60,000 nt of DNA from NCBI GenBank assembly GCA_028534125.1, contig CM052816.1, positions 7,566,001 through 7,626,000 of the forward strand. The letters are read 5' to 3'. Of this stretch, positions 38,203-50,125 are shown in pieces. Under the pieces are notes generated by a model. The model had not been told where the DNA came from, did no database searches, and saw only the letters and a list, made by a program, of their open reading frames with translations. Position 1 is the stretch's first letter. Every line of letters starts with the position of its first letter. This DNA comes from Lama glama (lineage: Eukaryota). The position numbers were made by a program, and so were the translations under genes.

Positions 38203-38805
38203 GTGGGTGAATCACGGCCCTGGGCCTGCCTGGCCCTCTGGGGCCCTGGGAGTGGGAGAAGGGTTGCTGCAGGGAAGGACAGGGAGTTTGGAGTCTACTT
38301 CTGATGAAGAGAGGATGTCTTGCCCTCCTGCCTCCTCAGAATCTCACCACTGAGAGAGTTATTGCCTCGTGCAACGCCTTTTCCCTTGTTCACTTTTCAA
38401 AGCTGGCTTAGTGTCACCTTCTCCAGGCAGCCCTCCGTGATAGCCCTCAGCCTGACCTTTTTTGGTCCTCAGCCAGCAGGACAAAGCCACGTGGGTGGCT
38501 TTTCCCTGTGTCATCATCCGGGAGCTTCTGTCACCATCTTGAATTCCTGCAACCCAGATGCTGGGCGCTAATGCACAGTTATTGCAAGCTCACTGTGTCT
38601 GAGTCGGGCCTTGGGCTAAATGCCTTCCTGGAGGTCGTGTTAATGCTCGTGACTGCCTACCCTATGGAGGCAGGATCCTTGTCCCCCTGTTACAGATGAG
38701 GGAGAGGGTTCAGAGAGGTGAGTGTCTGAGCAAGGTCCTATGGTTACTGAGGGACAGAGAGGTTGAGTGTTTCGGGGCTGACCTTTCTTCCTTGTCCTGC
38801 TACAG

Positions 38806-38859
38806 GGGAACCGTGAGGAGGGAGGAGAAGACCGGGAACGGGCCCGGGAAGATGCGCAG
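38806..38859 (+). CDS. ANXA6: ANXA6 exon 20 (GNREEGGEDRERAREDAQ)
   Basis: 54 nt, AG/GT. Confidence 0.96.
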
Positions 38860-40814
38860 GTGAGACCCCGGCCCCCCGCCCCCTCCCCAGGGACTCCAGC
38901 TGACATCTGTCCTTGTGGGGCCCTGGCCGTCTCTGAGTGGGGAAGGTGTCTGGCAGGAGCGTAGCTGGTTTGACTGGCGGACACTTAGACTCTGGGCCCC
39001 TTGCACCTCTCTACCCTTAGAAGTGAGACGATGACGTTTTCCAGAGCTTTCAGAAAGATACTTAGGAGGGTGGCGCTGATCCTTCTGACGTTTCCTGTGC
39101 AAAGAGCGGACCTTGAGCCCTAGACCCTCAGAGCTAGCAGGGACTTACGGATTGTCCAGGCCATGTTACATTTGGAAAATGGAGGCCCAGAGAGGGTGAA
39201 TGACTTCTGGACATCACACAGCAAATCAGTGGGCCAGGTGGAATTGACCCAGAGGGAGCAGGTCGGGGAGCTTGCTGGGAAGGGAGTGAATGTTACAGCA
39301 CCATTAGAGCTAAAGGATGCTTTGCTGTAACCTGACTCCTACAAAACTGCTAGAGTGTCTGAGCACTGAGTATGATGCTGGGGCTACTTCATACTTTGAT
39401 ATGCCCCCTTTTTCTTACTTCAGGAAAATGAAGCTCCTTACCTATCCAAGGGTAAGGTTCCCACATGGTCATGGTGTGATTTGAACCCAGGCCATACTTA
39501 ATACCATTTAATATCCTCCAGGACCCAGTAGGCTAATTTCTCTGCGGCTTCCAAACAAGGTAGCTGCTGGTGTCTGGTTGTCCTGCCCCTGGTTTGACAT
39601 ACGGTTGTCGGAAACTGCAGGATTCCATTCAGATAAGGTGCTGCAGATGCGTTATAGTTATGTTTATGGAGTCTGGCCTGGGAACACAGCCCCCTGGAGT
39701 GGCTTGCTGAGGTCGCATTTCATTCACTCATTCGACAGATATTTTTTAAGTGCTACTATGAGCGGCCCCATTGTGCTGTTGAGGGTCTTTGAACCTGGCT
39801 TCTTCCTTAGAGCTCACCCCAAATCCGTCCTGCACCCTGAAATTCACCCTCCAGGGAATTCTGCCTGGTGCCTGGTCTACCTATAAGGCGATGCTTCTAG
39901 TTGCTGCCAGCAGGGGGCAATGGTGGGCCTCGCTAGTGGCTGCTTTTCCGGAGAGAAGGGCAGAGAGAACCTGGGTGGAGTCAACCAAGGGAGCAAAGCC
40001 GCGCCCTGCCCAACTCGGCTGCTTCTCCAGATTCACAGATACTAAGACCCTGATTTTAGTGTGGACTCATTTTCTTATTAGAAATATTTTATTTCTCAAT
40101 AATACATATTTTGTAGAAACTTTAGAAAATAGACAAGCACCCCCCCACAAAAAACCCTTAACCTACTAGTTGTAATTATTGGTACTATCTTAGAGTATAT
40201 CATTCTAGTTGTCTTATTTACATATATAAAAATGGATTTCTGATTTGTGACAGGTAAAAATGAGTATTCAGTGGATACGGTTACATATCATTTAAAAAAA
40301 TCAACAGCATCATTTAATGGCTAAATACTATTTCATTTAGAAATCTACCAAACTTTTATTTAACCAGCCCTCTCCCTAGTAGCAAAGTCTTATCACATTC
40401 ATGATTTTTTTTTTTGCCTTAGAATAAATTTCTAGAGGTGAATTGAGAATGCTGGAGGAGAATGTTTACAAAAATTGAAGACATTCAATGTGCAGAACTG
40501 AGTTCCGCCCTAAAAGAATACTGCACATTAGTGCTTGGCCGTGCGTGTTTGCTGGTCTTACACCTCCTCCTTCCCATACTCTCATTCCGGCATCTAAACA
40601 CCCTCAAGCTCTTAGAAGTCTGGGTCTGTTGTGAACAGGTGACATATATATGTTCAGTGTTCACCTGTTGTCCCACAGTACTTATAAATAGCTTCCCTTT
40701 CACTCTCAGTGTCCCAGTGTGAGTAATAAATAACATAGGTGATCTCATTATTATAGACCCAGAGTGAAATGAAGAATTGTGACCATTTATAGATATTTCA
40801 ATTGCCAGATTATT

Positions 40815-41420
40815 TATTAACATAACGGCTTTACTGAAATATAATTCATATCCGTACTGTTGACCTACTTAAAGTATACAGTTCAGTGGTTGTTAGTGTC
40901 TTCACAGTCTTGTGCAACCATCACCACGATAATTTTAGAACATTTCACCACCCCAAGAAGAAACCCGTACATATTGTAGTTCCCTCTTGTTTCGTCCCAA
41001 CCCCACCCCCAGCCTTAGGCAACCACAAGTCTACTTTTTGCCTCTACAGATTTGCCTATTCTGGACATTTCATATAAATGGAACCTTATAATATGTAGCC
41101 TTTTGTGACTGGTTTCTTTCACTTAATGTAATGTTTTCAAAGTTCGTCCATATCATAGCATATATCAGTACTTCATTCCTTTCCATTGCCAAATCATATT
41201 TCATTGTATGGATCTATCACTTTAAAAAAAAATCCATTCATCAACTAACAGACATTTGGGTTGTTTCTGCGTTTTGGCTATTATGAATAATGCTGCTATA
41301 AACATTTGTGTACAAGTTTTTATATACACATATGTTTTCATTTCTCTTGGGTATATATCTGGGAGTAGAATTGCTGGGTCAGATGATAACGCTATGTTTA
41401 ACTTTTGGAGAAACTGCCCT
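40815..41420 (-). mobile_element. L1 3' fragment (L1MB-like)
   Basis: ctttactgaaatataattcat...tgtgcaaccatcaccac...gctattatgaataatgctgctataaacatt...gaattgctgggtc. Confidence 0.85.
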
Positions 41421-41669
41421 GATTAATTTTGGCACGAAGTAGCAAAGCTAGTAAAGGAAAGCTTTGGGTTGAACATCTGGAAAATTATTGTAGTAACCCA
41501 CTCACTTTTCATATTACAAATACTATGGTCTTAAAGATGCTTTGAAAATAACAAATATATCTGGGGGTTCTCTGATCCAAATAAGTGAAAAATCTTTTTT
41601 TTTTTGTTTAATTTTTAAAAACATCTCCTTTTTAAATAATAATACTAGACTTTTTACCATAATAAGAAA

Positions 41670-42003
41670 AATGGTGGTAAAATACACATCATAAAATTTA
41701 CCATCTTAACCTTTTTGTAGCGTACAGGTCATTGGCATTAAGTACATTTATGCTGTTGTGCAACTGTCTCCACCATCCATCCACTAAAGTCGTTATCTTG
41801 CAAACTGAAAGTCTATGCCCATTAAACAGTAACTACCCCTTCCCGTCCCCCCAGCCCCAGCCCCCAGCAGCCACCATTCTGCTTTCTGCCTCTAGGAAGC
41901 TGACTGCTCTGGGTATCTCCCATAGGTGCAATCGTGTAGTATTTGTCCTTTTCTAACTGGCCTATTTCACTTAGCATAATATCCTCAAGGTTCAACCAGG
42001 TTG
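41670..42003 (-). mobile_element. Second L1 3' end fragment (L1MB-like)
   Basis: ggtaaaatacacatcataaaatttaccatcttaacc...atttcacttagcataat. Confidence 0.8.
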
Positions 42004-43265
42004 TTTTTAATATGGAAAAGTATAAATAAGAAACAGAAGCATCCCATAATCCTAGTAGCCCTGATAATGCCTACTGGGCTTCAAAACAAAAAATAAAAAT
42101 AATGTAACTTAAAATTTCAGAAAAAATAAAATGCAAAAGCTCTTCCCCCGAGTCCTTCTCCTTAAAGGTGACCACTGCCACCAGTATGTTGCCTGTCCCT
42201 CTCGCACAACTTCCCAGTAAGTGTATAAGAGCAAATGTGCAGTTACCTTTTTTTTCTAGAAGGAGCACCGTTGTATACAACATGCTGTGCTTGACTTTTC
42301 TGCTTAATTTAAATGGAAACTCTCTCCTTATGAGCCCTGTAACCCAGTCTAATTCTTTTTACTAGTTGTGTGGATTTCCATTACAAGATGAACCATAACC
42401 TGTTTAGCAAGTGTTTTCTCTATTACAAAGAATGACACAGTGAACGCCCTGTAGTATATCTTGGAAGACTTTCGCCAGTTTATTTGTAAGGGAAATTCTT
42501 AGCAACATAGTTTGATCAAGTGGCAAGTGCATTTTGAATTTTAATAGACACTAATTTATATAAGGAAAAAGAGATTTCTAAAGCATTCACTTATTGAGAA
42601 GTTTATAAAAAGGATGGTTTCGATCTGCCCAATAGAACAAAGCGGTCGGCAGAATTTCAGGGAAAGAGGCAAAGGCGGGACTCAGTCGGTGTGCGCAGGG
42701 CTGGCTATGTTTTATCCCTGGGCCCTCCAAGTCACAGCTATTTGCCTAACAAAATAGTGTTCTAACCTCAGAGTTCTGTGCTCGGCATAATGTGGTGATG
42801 AAAATCCACCCTTGTGAGATGTCTTGAACAGCTGGCACTTCCCCCCCTGATTGGCTGCATGTCCCATCCCCTCCAGGCCTCAGCTTTCCTGTCTCCCGTC
42901 TGTAACACAAGGGGGTCCGTGACAGGTCTCCTGAGGACCCTGCAGCTCTGAACATGGTAAAGGGTGCAGGGAACTCGGCACGTCTCACATCCAACTTCTA
43001 GGCGGCCCTGAGGGGTCTCCCTAGGTTGCTGGATGTGAGCGCTCTCTCCTGGGTCCTCTTCTTACCCCTCCCGTAGACACTTTCACCATTAGAACCCAGA
43101 CCTGTTCCCATTTTGAGCTCCAGCCCCGTCCCTGTCCCCCATGGTGGGACCTCTGTACCCTGAGCCAGGCTCCGTTGCCTGTACCCCAGGGCCCCCAGAG
43201 ACCCCGTCTCCAGGCCTCCTCTGACTCGTGCCTTCCCCTCTCTCCTCTCTCCTCCCTGCTCTCAG

Positions 43266-43283
43266 GTGGCTGCTGAGATACTG
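43266..43283 (+). CDS. ANXA6: ANXA6 exon 21, 18-nt alternatively spliced microexon (VAAEIL)
   Basis: Long CT tract + ctcAG, gtggctgctgagatactg, GTGAGT donor; known ANXA6 isoform insert. Confidence 0.95.
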
Positions 43284-44005
43284 GTGAGTGCCCTGTTCTG
43301 CACGGATGCTCACGGCCTGAGTGAAGTCTGAGTCTGGCTGTGCCTCTGGGCGGGGCTGAGCCGGCAGAGTCAGGCAGTGATTTGGGGGCGTCCCCCCCAG
43401 GTTCTCTCTCTCCCTTTCAGGGCTTCCAGAGAACCCTGCTGGGTAAAAAATGGGCCAGGCGAGTGTTTCCCAAACTTCACCACTCACCCTCTATATGACT
43501 TGTGCAAAATACGTAGTTTAACCCCAAATGAGTTATTTTAAAGGACATTTAGTATCTATGTGACTAGGACTGGTAGCTGGCCAGAAGACCATTGCGGAAA
43601 CATACATATGTGGTGTGTAAATATATGTTAATTATGTTTGCCTGCTCACCACGCTGGGGGAAACGCTGGCCAGGCCATTTTTCCTTGCACATGTGCACAG
43701 ACACACTTCCCCAGAGGGGCTTTCAGAGGGGTTTAAAGACCGAAGGAGAACTCCCGTGCCCAGTGCCTGTTTGCCCCTCCCCTGGGCCCAGTCCCCTGTG
43801 CTCAGCTCCTGGGGGTGAGTCCACAGGGTCCCTGGGAACTGGAGGGGGTGGGGGGCTGAGGCAGGGGCCAAGGTCAGCCTCCTTGTATAGCTGGGTTAGC
43901 CCAGCTTCTAACTGCCCTCGGCCCAGGCAGACGTGAAAGTAAATAATGACTACGGCTTTCTTGTGTCTTCCCTCCTAAATCCTTGTCCCCACCCTTGGTC
44001 TGCAG

Positions 44006-44099
44006 GAAATAGCAGACACTTCCAGTGGCGACAAGTCTTCCCTGGAGACACGGTTCATGATGATCCTGTGCACGCGTAGCTATCAGCACCTCCGGAGAG
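44006..44099 (+). CDS. ANXA6: ANXA6 exon 22 (EIADTSSGDKSSLETRFMMILCTRSYQHLRR)
   Basis: 94 nt, AG/GT. Confidence 0.97.
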
Positions 44100-44619
44100 G
44101 TGAGGCCTGACTCCCCCTCCTTTCCCAAGGCAGCAGGAAGATCCCCAAGTCTTAACAAGAGTGGCTAATTGCCCACTCGCCCACTCCTTACCCCAGCAAG
44201 GGAGTATTGTGGCCCCTGGGGATGTAGGACCCCCGGCGCCTGGTCCTGGCTCTACTGCTAACACGTCATTCGGCCTCGGGCCAACTCCCTCACCTCCTTA
44301 GGAAGCACGTGGGGTGCCTGGGAGAAGGGATCAGGCGGCTTTTGCCTCTAAAGCCAACTGCAGTGGGTTGGTAGTGGCTGCCTAGAATGCTGTGTTGAGA
44401 AGGATTCGAAGATTCTGTGTCATGAATCTTTGGCGATGTCTGCCAGGAGCAAGGCAGTGAGGAGTGAATATGGCACAAGAACCACATACATGTCTTTGAG
44501 CCACAGGCTGCCACATGCACAGGGCACACCTGCATGCAATGGCCCTGACACTAAGTGATGGTGAAGTGGCCTTACCACTCAGACAGTGACGTTTTAATAA
44601 GCATGTGCCTGGCATGCTA

Positions 44620-44840
44620 AGGTGCTTTAGCACAGTAAGTAAAAGAACCGTCTTGGGAGCTGGGCTGCCTTGATTCGATTCTCCCACTTATCAGTCGTGT
44701 GACCCTGGGCAAGTTACTAACTATCTGTGCCTTCATTCCCTTACCTGCAATGTTGGGACGTTAAGTCTACCTTACATGACTGTTTGAGGATACAAAAAAT
44801 AAATACGCAAAAAGCACTTAGCACAGTGCCTGGCCCCTGC
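44620..44840 (+). mobile_element. MIR SINE
   Basis: gtgaccctgggcaagttactaac...aaagcacttagcacagtgcctggc. Confidence 0.75.
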
Positions 44841-45263
44841 TAACTTCCTCAGTTTATCGTTGTGATTACTTAATGTTAATCTCTATCCCACCTTGACTCG
44901 GGAGGAAGGGGAGGCCCAGAAAGGGGAGGGGTTCACCCAAGGTCATTGGCTGAGCCTGGGGCAGAGCTGTGACTAGGACGCATGCTCCTACTACCCCAGC
45001 CCGGGTCCCTGGAACTTGTCTGAAGCTCTGGAGCAGTGTATGACTTGATACAGGGAAGGCTTGAGGTCAGAATGTTCCTGTGACAATAGTCCTTCCTGCC
45101 CAAATAAGCATTTAAGCCTGGGCTGTGGCCATACCTGTTGCCCCTTTCCACTTTTCCAGGGCACAGCCTCTGCGTAAAGCTGGGGGTGGGGGAGGGGAGA
45201 TCTACCCACCCCACCTCAGAGTTGGAGCTCACCCCCCACCTCTGGGGCTTCTCTTGGGGGCAG

Positions 45264-45359
45264 TCTTCCAGGAGTTCGTCAAGATGACCAACTATGACGT
45301 GGAGCACACCATCAAGAAAGAGATGTCTGGGGATGTCAGAGACGCTTTTGTGGCCATTG
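45264..45359 (+). CDS. ANXA6: ANXA6 exon 23 (VFQEFVKMTNYDVEHTIKKEMSGDVRDAFVAI)
   Basis: 96 nt, AG/GT. Confidence 0.97.
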
Positions 45360-45632
45360 GTAACTGGCGGGGACCACGGGAAAGGGCTGGGGGGCACAGG
45401 GAACACGGCCAGATTCCCTGGATGAGTGTGGCCTTTCTAGCATCCTAAGCTACTCTAGTACTGGAAAGTAAACACTGCCACTTCTCAGGGTCTGCCCATG
45501 TGTGATTGGCGGGGTCGCAGGAAGACTTGTTCCAGGCTCGGGGCAGGATGAGGAAATAGCTCTCTAGGGCAGTGGCTAGAGGGGGGTGGCAGGGTTGGGT
45601 AGGGTGCGGTGTCCTGCAGGACTAGGGTGTGT

Positions 45633-45656
45633 ACACACACACACACACACACACAC
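45633..45656. repeat. (AC)12 microsatellite
   Basis: Read directly. Confidence 0.95.
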
Positions 45657-47427
45657 CCTTCCCTCCTCCCAGCACTTAGATCCCTCTGGTTACTCTCTTA
45701 TTGCATAATTTGGGTTCTTGACTTTGAAAAAGTCTTTCTTCTTTTGGATCTCAATTTCTCCATGCATACAAATGGATGAGTAGATATGAGCAGAGGTTGA
45801 ACTGGTTTTGATTAGCATTAGTGATCAGCAGTATCTTATTTTATTACTATAAAATACATTGCATTGTTGCATATTTTAAAAAAATCTTATCTGGAGATGT
45901 CAGTGGAAGGTTTTCACATAACTGCTGTCAATTATAAGATGCGTCTTGATTTCAGGGACTTCAAATGCAGGGAAAGGTGTTTTAGAACAGACGAATCAGT
46001 TGTTAATTGTTGTGATATTGCTGTTTAGCACTCAGTGCGTCTTTACCACCTGGGGCAATACCCAGGAGGCAGAGTAGCATAGTGAATCTAGGTAGGATCC
46101 CTGTTCTCCCACTTACTAGCTGTACAGCTATGTCCTTGGGCGGGGCACAGAAAGCTATGCCTCAGTTTCCTTCTCTGTAAAATGGACATAATAATAGTAT
46201 CCAGATTTAAATGAGTTAGTTACACATAAAACAGTTAGAACACTGCCTCCTGGCGCATGGAGTGCACTGATAAATGTTGCCTTTTATTATTTCCTGCCAG
46301 GCCCTGTGTGAAGTCAGTTGCACGTGGCTTTGGTTGAATCCGTACCAGCTGATTTTATCAGCTTATTTTACACAGTGGGAGGCTGAGGTTCGAAGAGGTT
46401 ACGTGTCTGTAGTGGGACAAGACTCACATCAGAGGCTGCCTGAGCCCAATTCTCATGCTTGTATTAATCCCCAGAATAACTGGTCTGTGGAGACACATTC
46501 AGATCTTGCCCTCCTCGTATTCCTCCCTCTGTCCTCTCCCCTCCCACCTGGAACATGTACATGTGTGCTTGTACGCATGCGTACACACACGCACTCACAC
46601 ACACACGCCCCACTCCACCTCACTCCATCCTGTGGCAGGCCCCGGGGTCCTCTGAGGCAGTTGGGCGGCCTTCAGGTTCTGGGGAAGGTTTTCAGGGTTG
46701 GTTGCAATGGATGGAAGTTTCTGCCCAGTCTGTTCCTTACCTAGACTGACCGAGCTCCAGGCGTGTAGTCAGGGCAGGCTCCTTGGAGGAGGTGACACAA
46801 CTGGAGGTGTGGATTTGGGGAGGTAAAGTAGTGGAGGGCAGAAGGAAACTTCTCCTTCCTGGGAGGACAAGGCACAAAAGAATTCATAGAATGTTAGGGA
46901 AATAGGGGAACAGAGGCAGTGAGAGAACAGAGGGAAACAGGAGCTTTGATTTCCAGGCCAAAGAGCTTGGAGTTAGTTTGGGAGCTACAGCAGGAGCAGG
47001 GAAGGTTGGTGTATGGTGTGATCTTTCCCACGGGTTCCCAAGTTTGCCACAGGTGGGGGTACATGCCTGTCACCTGTGTGGCTGTGCCCTTGGGATCCAC
47101 AACTCCAGCCTCACCCGCTGCCCTCCTCATAGAGACACTTTACATCCAGAGTCATTCTGGCTTCCGGGTCCTGGCGTCTAATTCCTCCTCCTGAAGCTGT
47201 CTGAGACACCCCTACTTGAGCTCTGTAGCCTGGGAATCCAGCAGCTGCTCAAATCCACATCCTTGAGAACCCGGGGCTGGGGTTGGTACAGCCAGGCCGG
47301 CAGTATCTGATACGGGGCTGGGTGGTAAACAGGGGCTTCCAATGAGGGAGGAGTGTGCAGCCCATGGATTGGCACAGTGCCCTAGGTTATACTGACAGAC
47401 ACTCATTCTCTGGCAGAGTGTTTTTCT

Positions 47428-47749
47428 CAGTAGTTCTCAAGTGTTAAGCTGCACCAGAGTAGGGTGGCCACCATCCAGGTTTGTACTAAAACCAGCAGTG
47501 TCCCAGGCAAAGTGGGGTGAGTTGGTCACCCACCTTCAGAGTCACAGATTCAGCACACCCAGGGTGGGCCACGAGATTTTGCTTTTCTTCCAAGTTCCCT
47601 GATGATACTGGTGCCTTCTAGGAACTATACTTTGAAAACTGCTGCTTGAAACATTTCTTGAATCTGAGTCTCTAGGGTGGAGCCTACAACCTGAGTTTTA
47701 AACAAGTTCTCCTTTGATTCTGGTGCACTTAGAAGTCTGAGGCCCTGTG
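47428..47749. mobile_element. MER5A-like copy (47428-47644) interrupted by a MER81-like mini-element (47460-47532), then an oppositely oriented MER5A half (about 47658-47749)
   Basis: cagtagttctcaa / tttgaaaactgctg termini; inner TIRs tagggtggccacc / gttggtcaccca. Confidence 0.7.
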
Positions 47750-48032
47750 CCTTGGCTTCACCGGCGGTTTCTTCCCTTTGAGTCCTCCACCAGCCTTGGT
47801 TAGCTGCCAGCACTGTAGCAGGAAGCGAGTCGCAACCCAGCGAGAGCCAGGCCTAGAGATGAGATAGAGGAGGCGGCATCAAGAAGGGGGAGTGAAGGCG
47901 TGGGACACGGGTGTGACCCTGGCCCAGGGTGCGGGGAGAGGGGGTCCTACCTCTGTAGCAGCAGCAGCTGCCCATGGTCTAGGTACACCTCCTCTGACTG
48001 ATCTCCTTGCATCTCTTTCCTCTTCCTACCAG

Positions 48033-48091
48033 TTCAGAGTGTCAAGAACAAGCCGCTCTTCTTTGCCGACAAACTTTACAAATCCATGAAG
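48033..48091 (+). CDS. ANXA6: ANXA6 exon 24 (VQSVKNKPLFFADKLYKSMK)
   Basis: 59 nt, AG/GT. Confidence 0.97.
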
Positions 48092-48235
48092 GTAAGAAAA
48101 CCTGCTTGCTTGTTACTTTCCCTTTGAGCGTTTCTGCCCCCACAAACAGATGTGCTCCATCCCCCAGATCAGGGCTTGTGGCTGCTTCCACCCATTTGAT
48201 ATTTACCAGCCTCCACTCCACGTCTGGCTCTAGGG

Positions 48236-48442
48236 TAGTAGTTCTCAGTGGGGGGTGACATTACCTCTCTAGGGAACATTTGACGATGTTCAGACGCATC
48301 TTGGTTGTCACAGCTTGGGGAGTGTTGCTGCTGGCATCTGTCTGGTGGGTGGAGAGCAGGGGTGCTGAGCATCCTGCAGTGCACAGGACAGATCCCCAAG
48401 CACAGGATGATCTGGCCCCAGAGGCCAAGGTTAAGAAACTTG
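48236..48442 (+). mobile_element. MER20 hAT-Charlie element
   Basis: tagtagttctca...acatttgacgatg...ttggttgtcaca...catcctgcagtgcacaggacag...ggttaagaaacttg; degenerate 8-bp TSD ctctaggg/ttctgggg. Confidence 0.85.
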
Positions 48443-48808
48443 TTCTGGGGATGCAGGGCTGAGTAGGACAGTTTCTGCCCCCTTGGAGCTCACATCCTCC
48501 TCAGTGACACAGTGTCTCCTGTGACAGATGATCACAAAAGGAAGCAAGTGCTCAGCTCTGGGACTAGCCCTGGCTTCCTGAAAACCCAGGCCACTCTGGC
48601 CACCCTGCCAGCCCTGCAGGTGGAGTTCTAGCTGTTGACAGAGCTCAGGCAGGCTCCCTGGGACCCCTCTCAGCCTGCTGTCCCCAAACATGATAGCCCT
48701 CACTGTGTGCTGGCTCTGACCCTTCAGCTGGTGTTCCAAGCCCCCTGGGGACAGAGGTGGGCCATGGCTGCCCATATGTTCTTTGTCCTGTATCTCCTTC
48801 TTGGGCCC

Positions 48809-49190
48809 TATAGTAGTTTCCCAGAACTGCTGTCACGAATTGAGTGACAACAAAAATGTGTCCTCATGGGTCTAGGGGCTGAAAGTCCAAAATGAAGGAA
48901 TCAGCAGGATTGGGTCCTTCTGGGGGCTCTGAGGGAGCCTTTGTCCCAGGCTCGAGTGGTCGCCTGGAATCCTCGTGTTTCTTGGCTTGGATGCATCCCT
49001 TGGTCTCTGCCTTTGTCCTCACGTGGCCTTCTATTTGTGTGTGCCCTCGTGTCCTCCTCTTACACGGACACCAGTCATTGGATCCAATGCAATGTGACCT
49101 AAACTAATGAATGACATGTGCAAAGACCCTCTTTCCAAATTAAGTCACATTGGAAGGTTCCAACTGGCCATGAGTTTGGGGGGCCGTTGT
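48809..49190. mobile_element. MaLR LTR relic (MLT1B/C-like)
   Basis: aagtccaaaatgaagg...ccttctgggggctctgaggga...ggacaccagtcattgga...tgcaaagaccctctttccaaat. Confidence 0.75.
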
Positions 49191-49354
49191 TGCCTTTCTT
49201 GCCCAGTCTTTGGGACAGGGGAGTTTGGGACAGGACTGTTTGTGGAAGATTGGTTTTGGAGAGAAAAGGGAGGGGGCAGAAGGACACCCATGAGTTCCTG
49301 CCTGACCTGGTTCCTCCTCCTGCCCTGTGTCTTCCTCTCGCCTGGCACCACCAG

Positions 49355-49477
49355 GGTGCTGGCACGGATGAGAAGACCCTCACCAGGATCATGGTCTCCC
49401 GGAGTGAGATCGACCTGCTCAACATCCGGCGGGAGTTCATTGAGAAATACGACAAGTCTCTCCACCAAGCCATTGAG
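49355..49477 (+). CDS. ANXA6: ANXA6 exon 25 ([41 protein letters not shown])
   Basis: 123 nt, AG/GT. Confidence 0.97.
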
Positions 49478-49694
49478 GTAAGGGGCGGGCTTAGAGGTGA
49501 GGGGGGGAAGGGTGAGTGAGAGATCCCTGAATATAGGTTAGAAGTCCTTTCTATTCCCAGTGAGTCACCTCTTAGAACAGTCAGGACACTGCTGAGTAAG
49601 AGGAGGCCTGGCCCACTGCTTATACCAAGATAAATTCCAGATGGATCAAAGGTTTGTAACGAAAGATTTCTAAGTAAAGCAAGAGCCTTATTAT

Positions 49695-49992
49695 TTTTTT
49701 TTGCTTTTGAAAAGCGATTTTATTGAAGTAAAATTTGCATCTATAAAATTCACCTGTTTTAAGGGTATAAGTCAATGATTTTCAGTAAATTTAATGAGTT
49801 GTGCAGCCACCCCCACAATCAGTGTTAGAACGTTTTTATCACCCCACTAAGATCCTTTATACCTGTTCACCTATTCACACCCCCAGCCCTGGGCCACCTT
49901 CAGGTGACTTTCTGTCTCTATTGCCTTTTCTGATTATTTCATATAGATGGAATTATGAAATATGTGATCTTTTATGTCTGATTTTTTTCATT
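49695..49992 (-). mobile_element. L1 3' end fragment (L1MB-like)
   Basis: ttttattgaagtaaaatttgcatctataaaattcacctgttttaag. Confidence 0.75.
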
Positions 49993-50125
49993 TACAAAGC
50001 CCATTTTATAGCTTTGAGACTGGTCAAGATCTTAAACTCTGATGCTGTACGTGGTTGACAAGACGCTGGGAAATCTCACAGGCAGTCTCACACAGACTTG
50101 GTGGAGATGTAAACTGATAGCACAT

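Noticed and set aside
49099..49473. Antisense ORFs over ANXA6 exons (also 22764-23093, 27018-27506)
   Set aside because: Shadow frames of GC-rich coding exons and repeats
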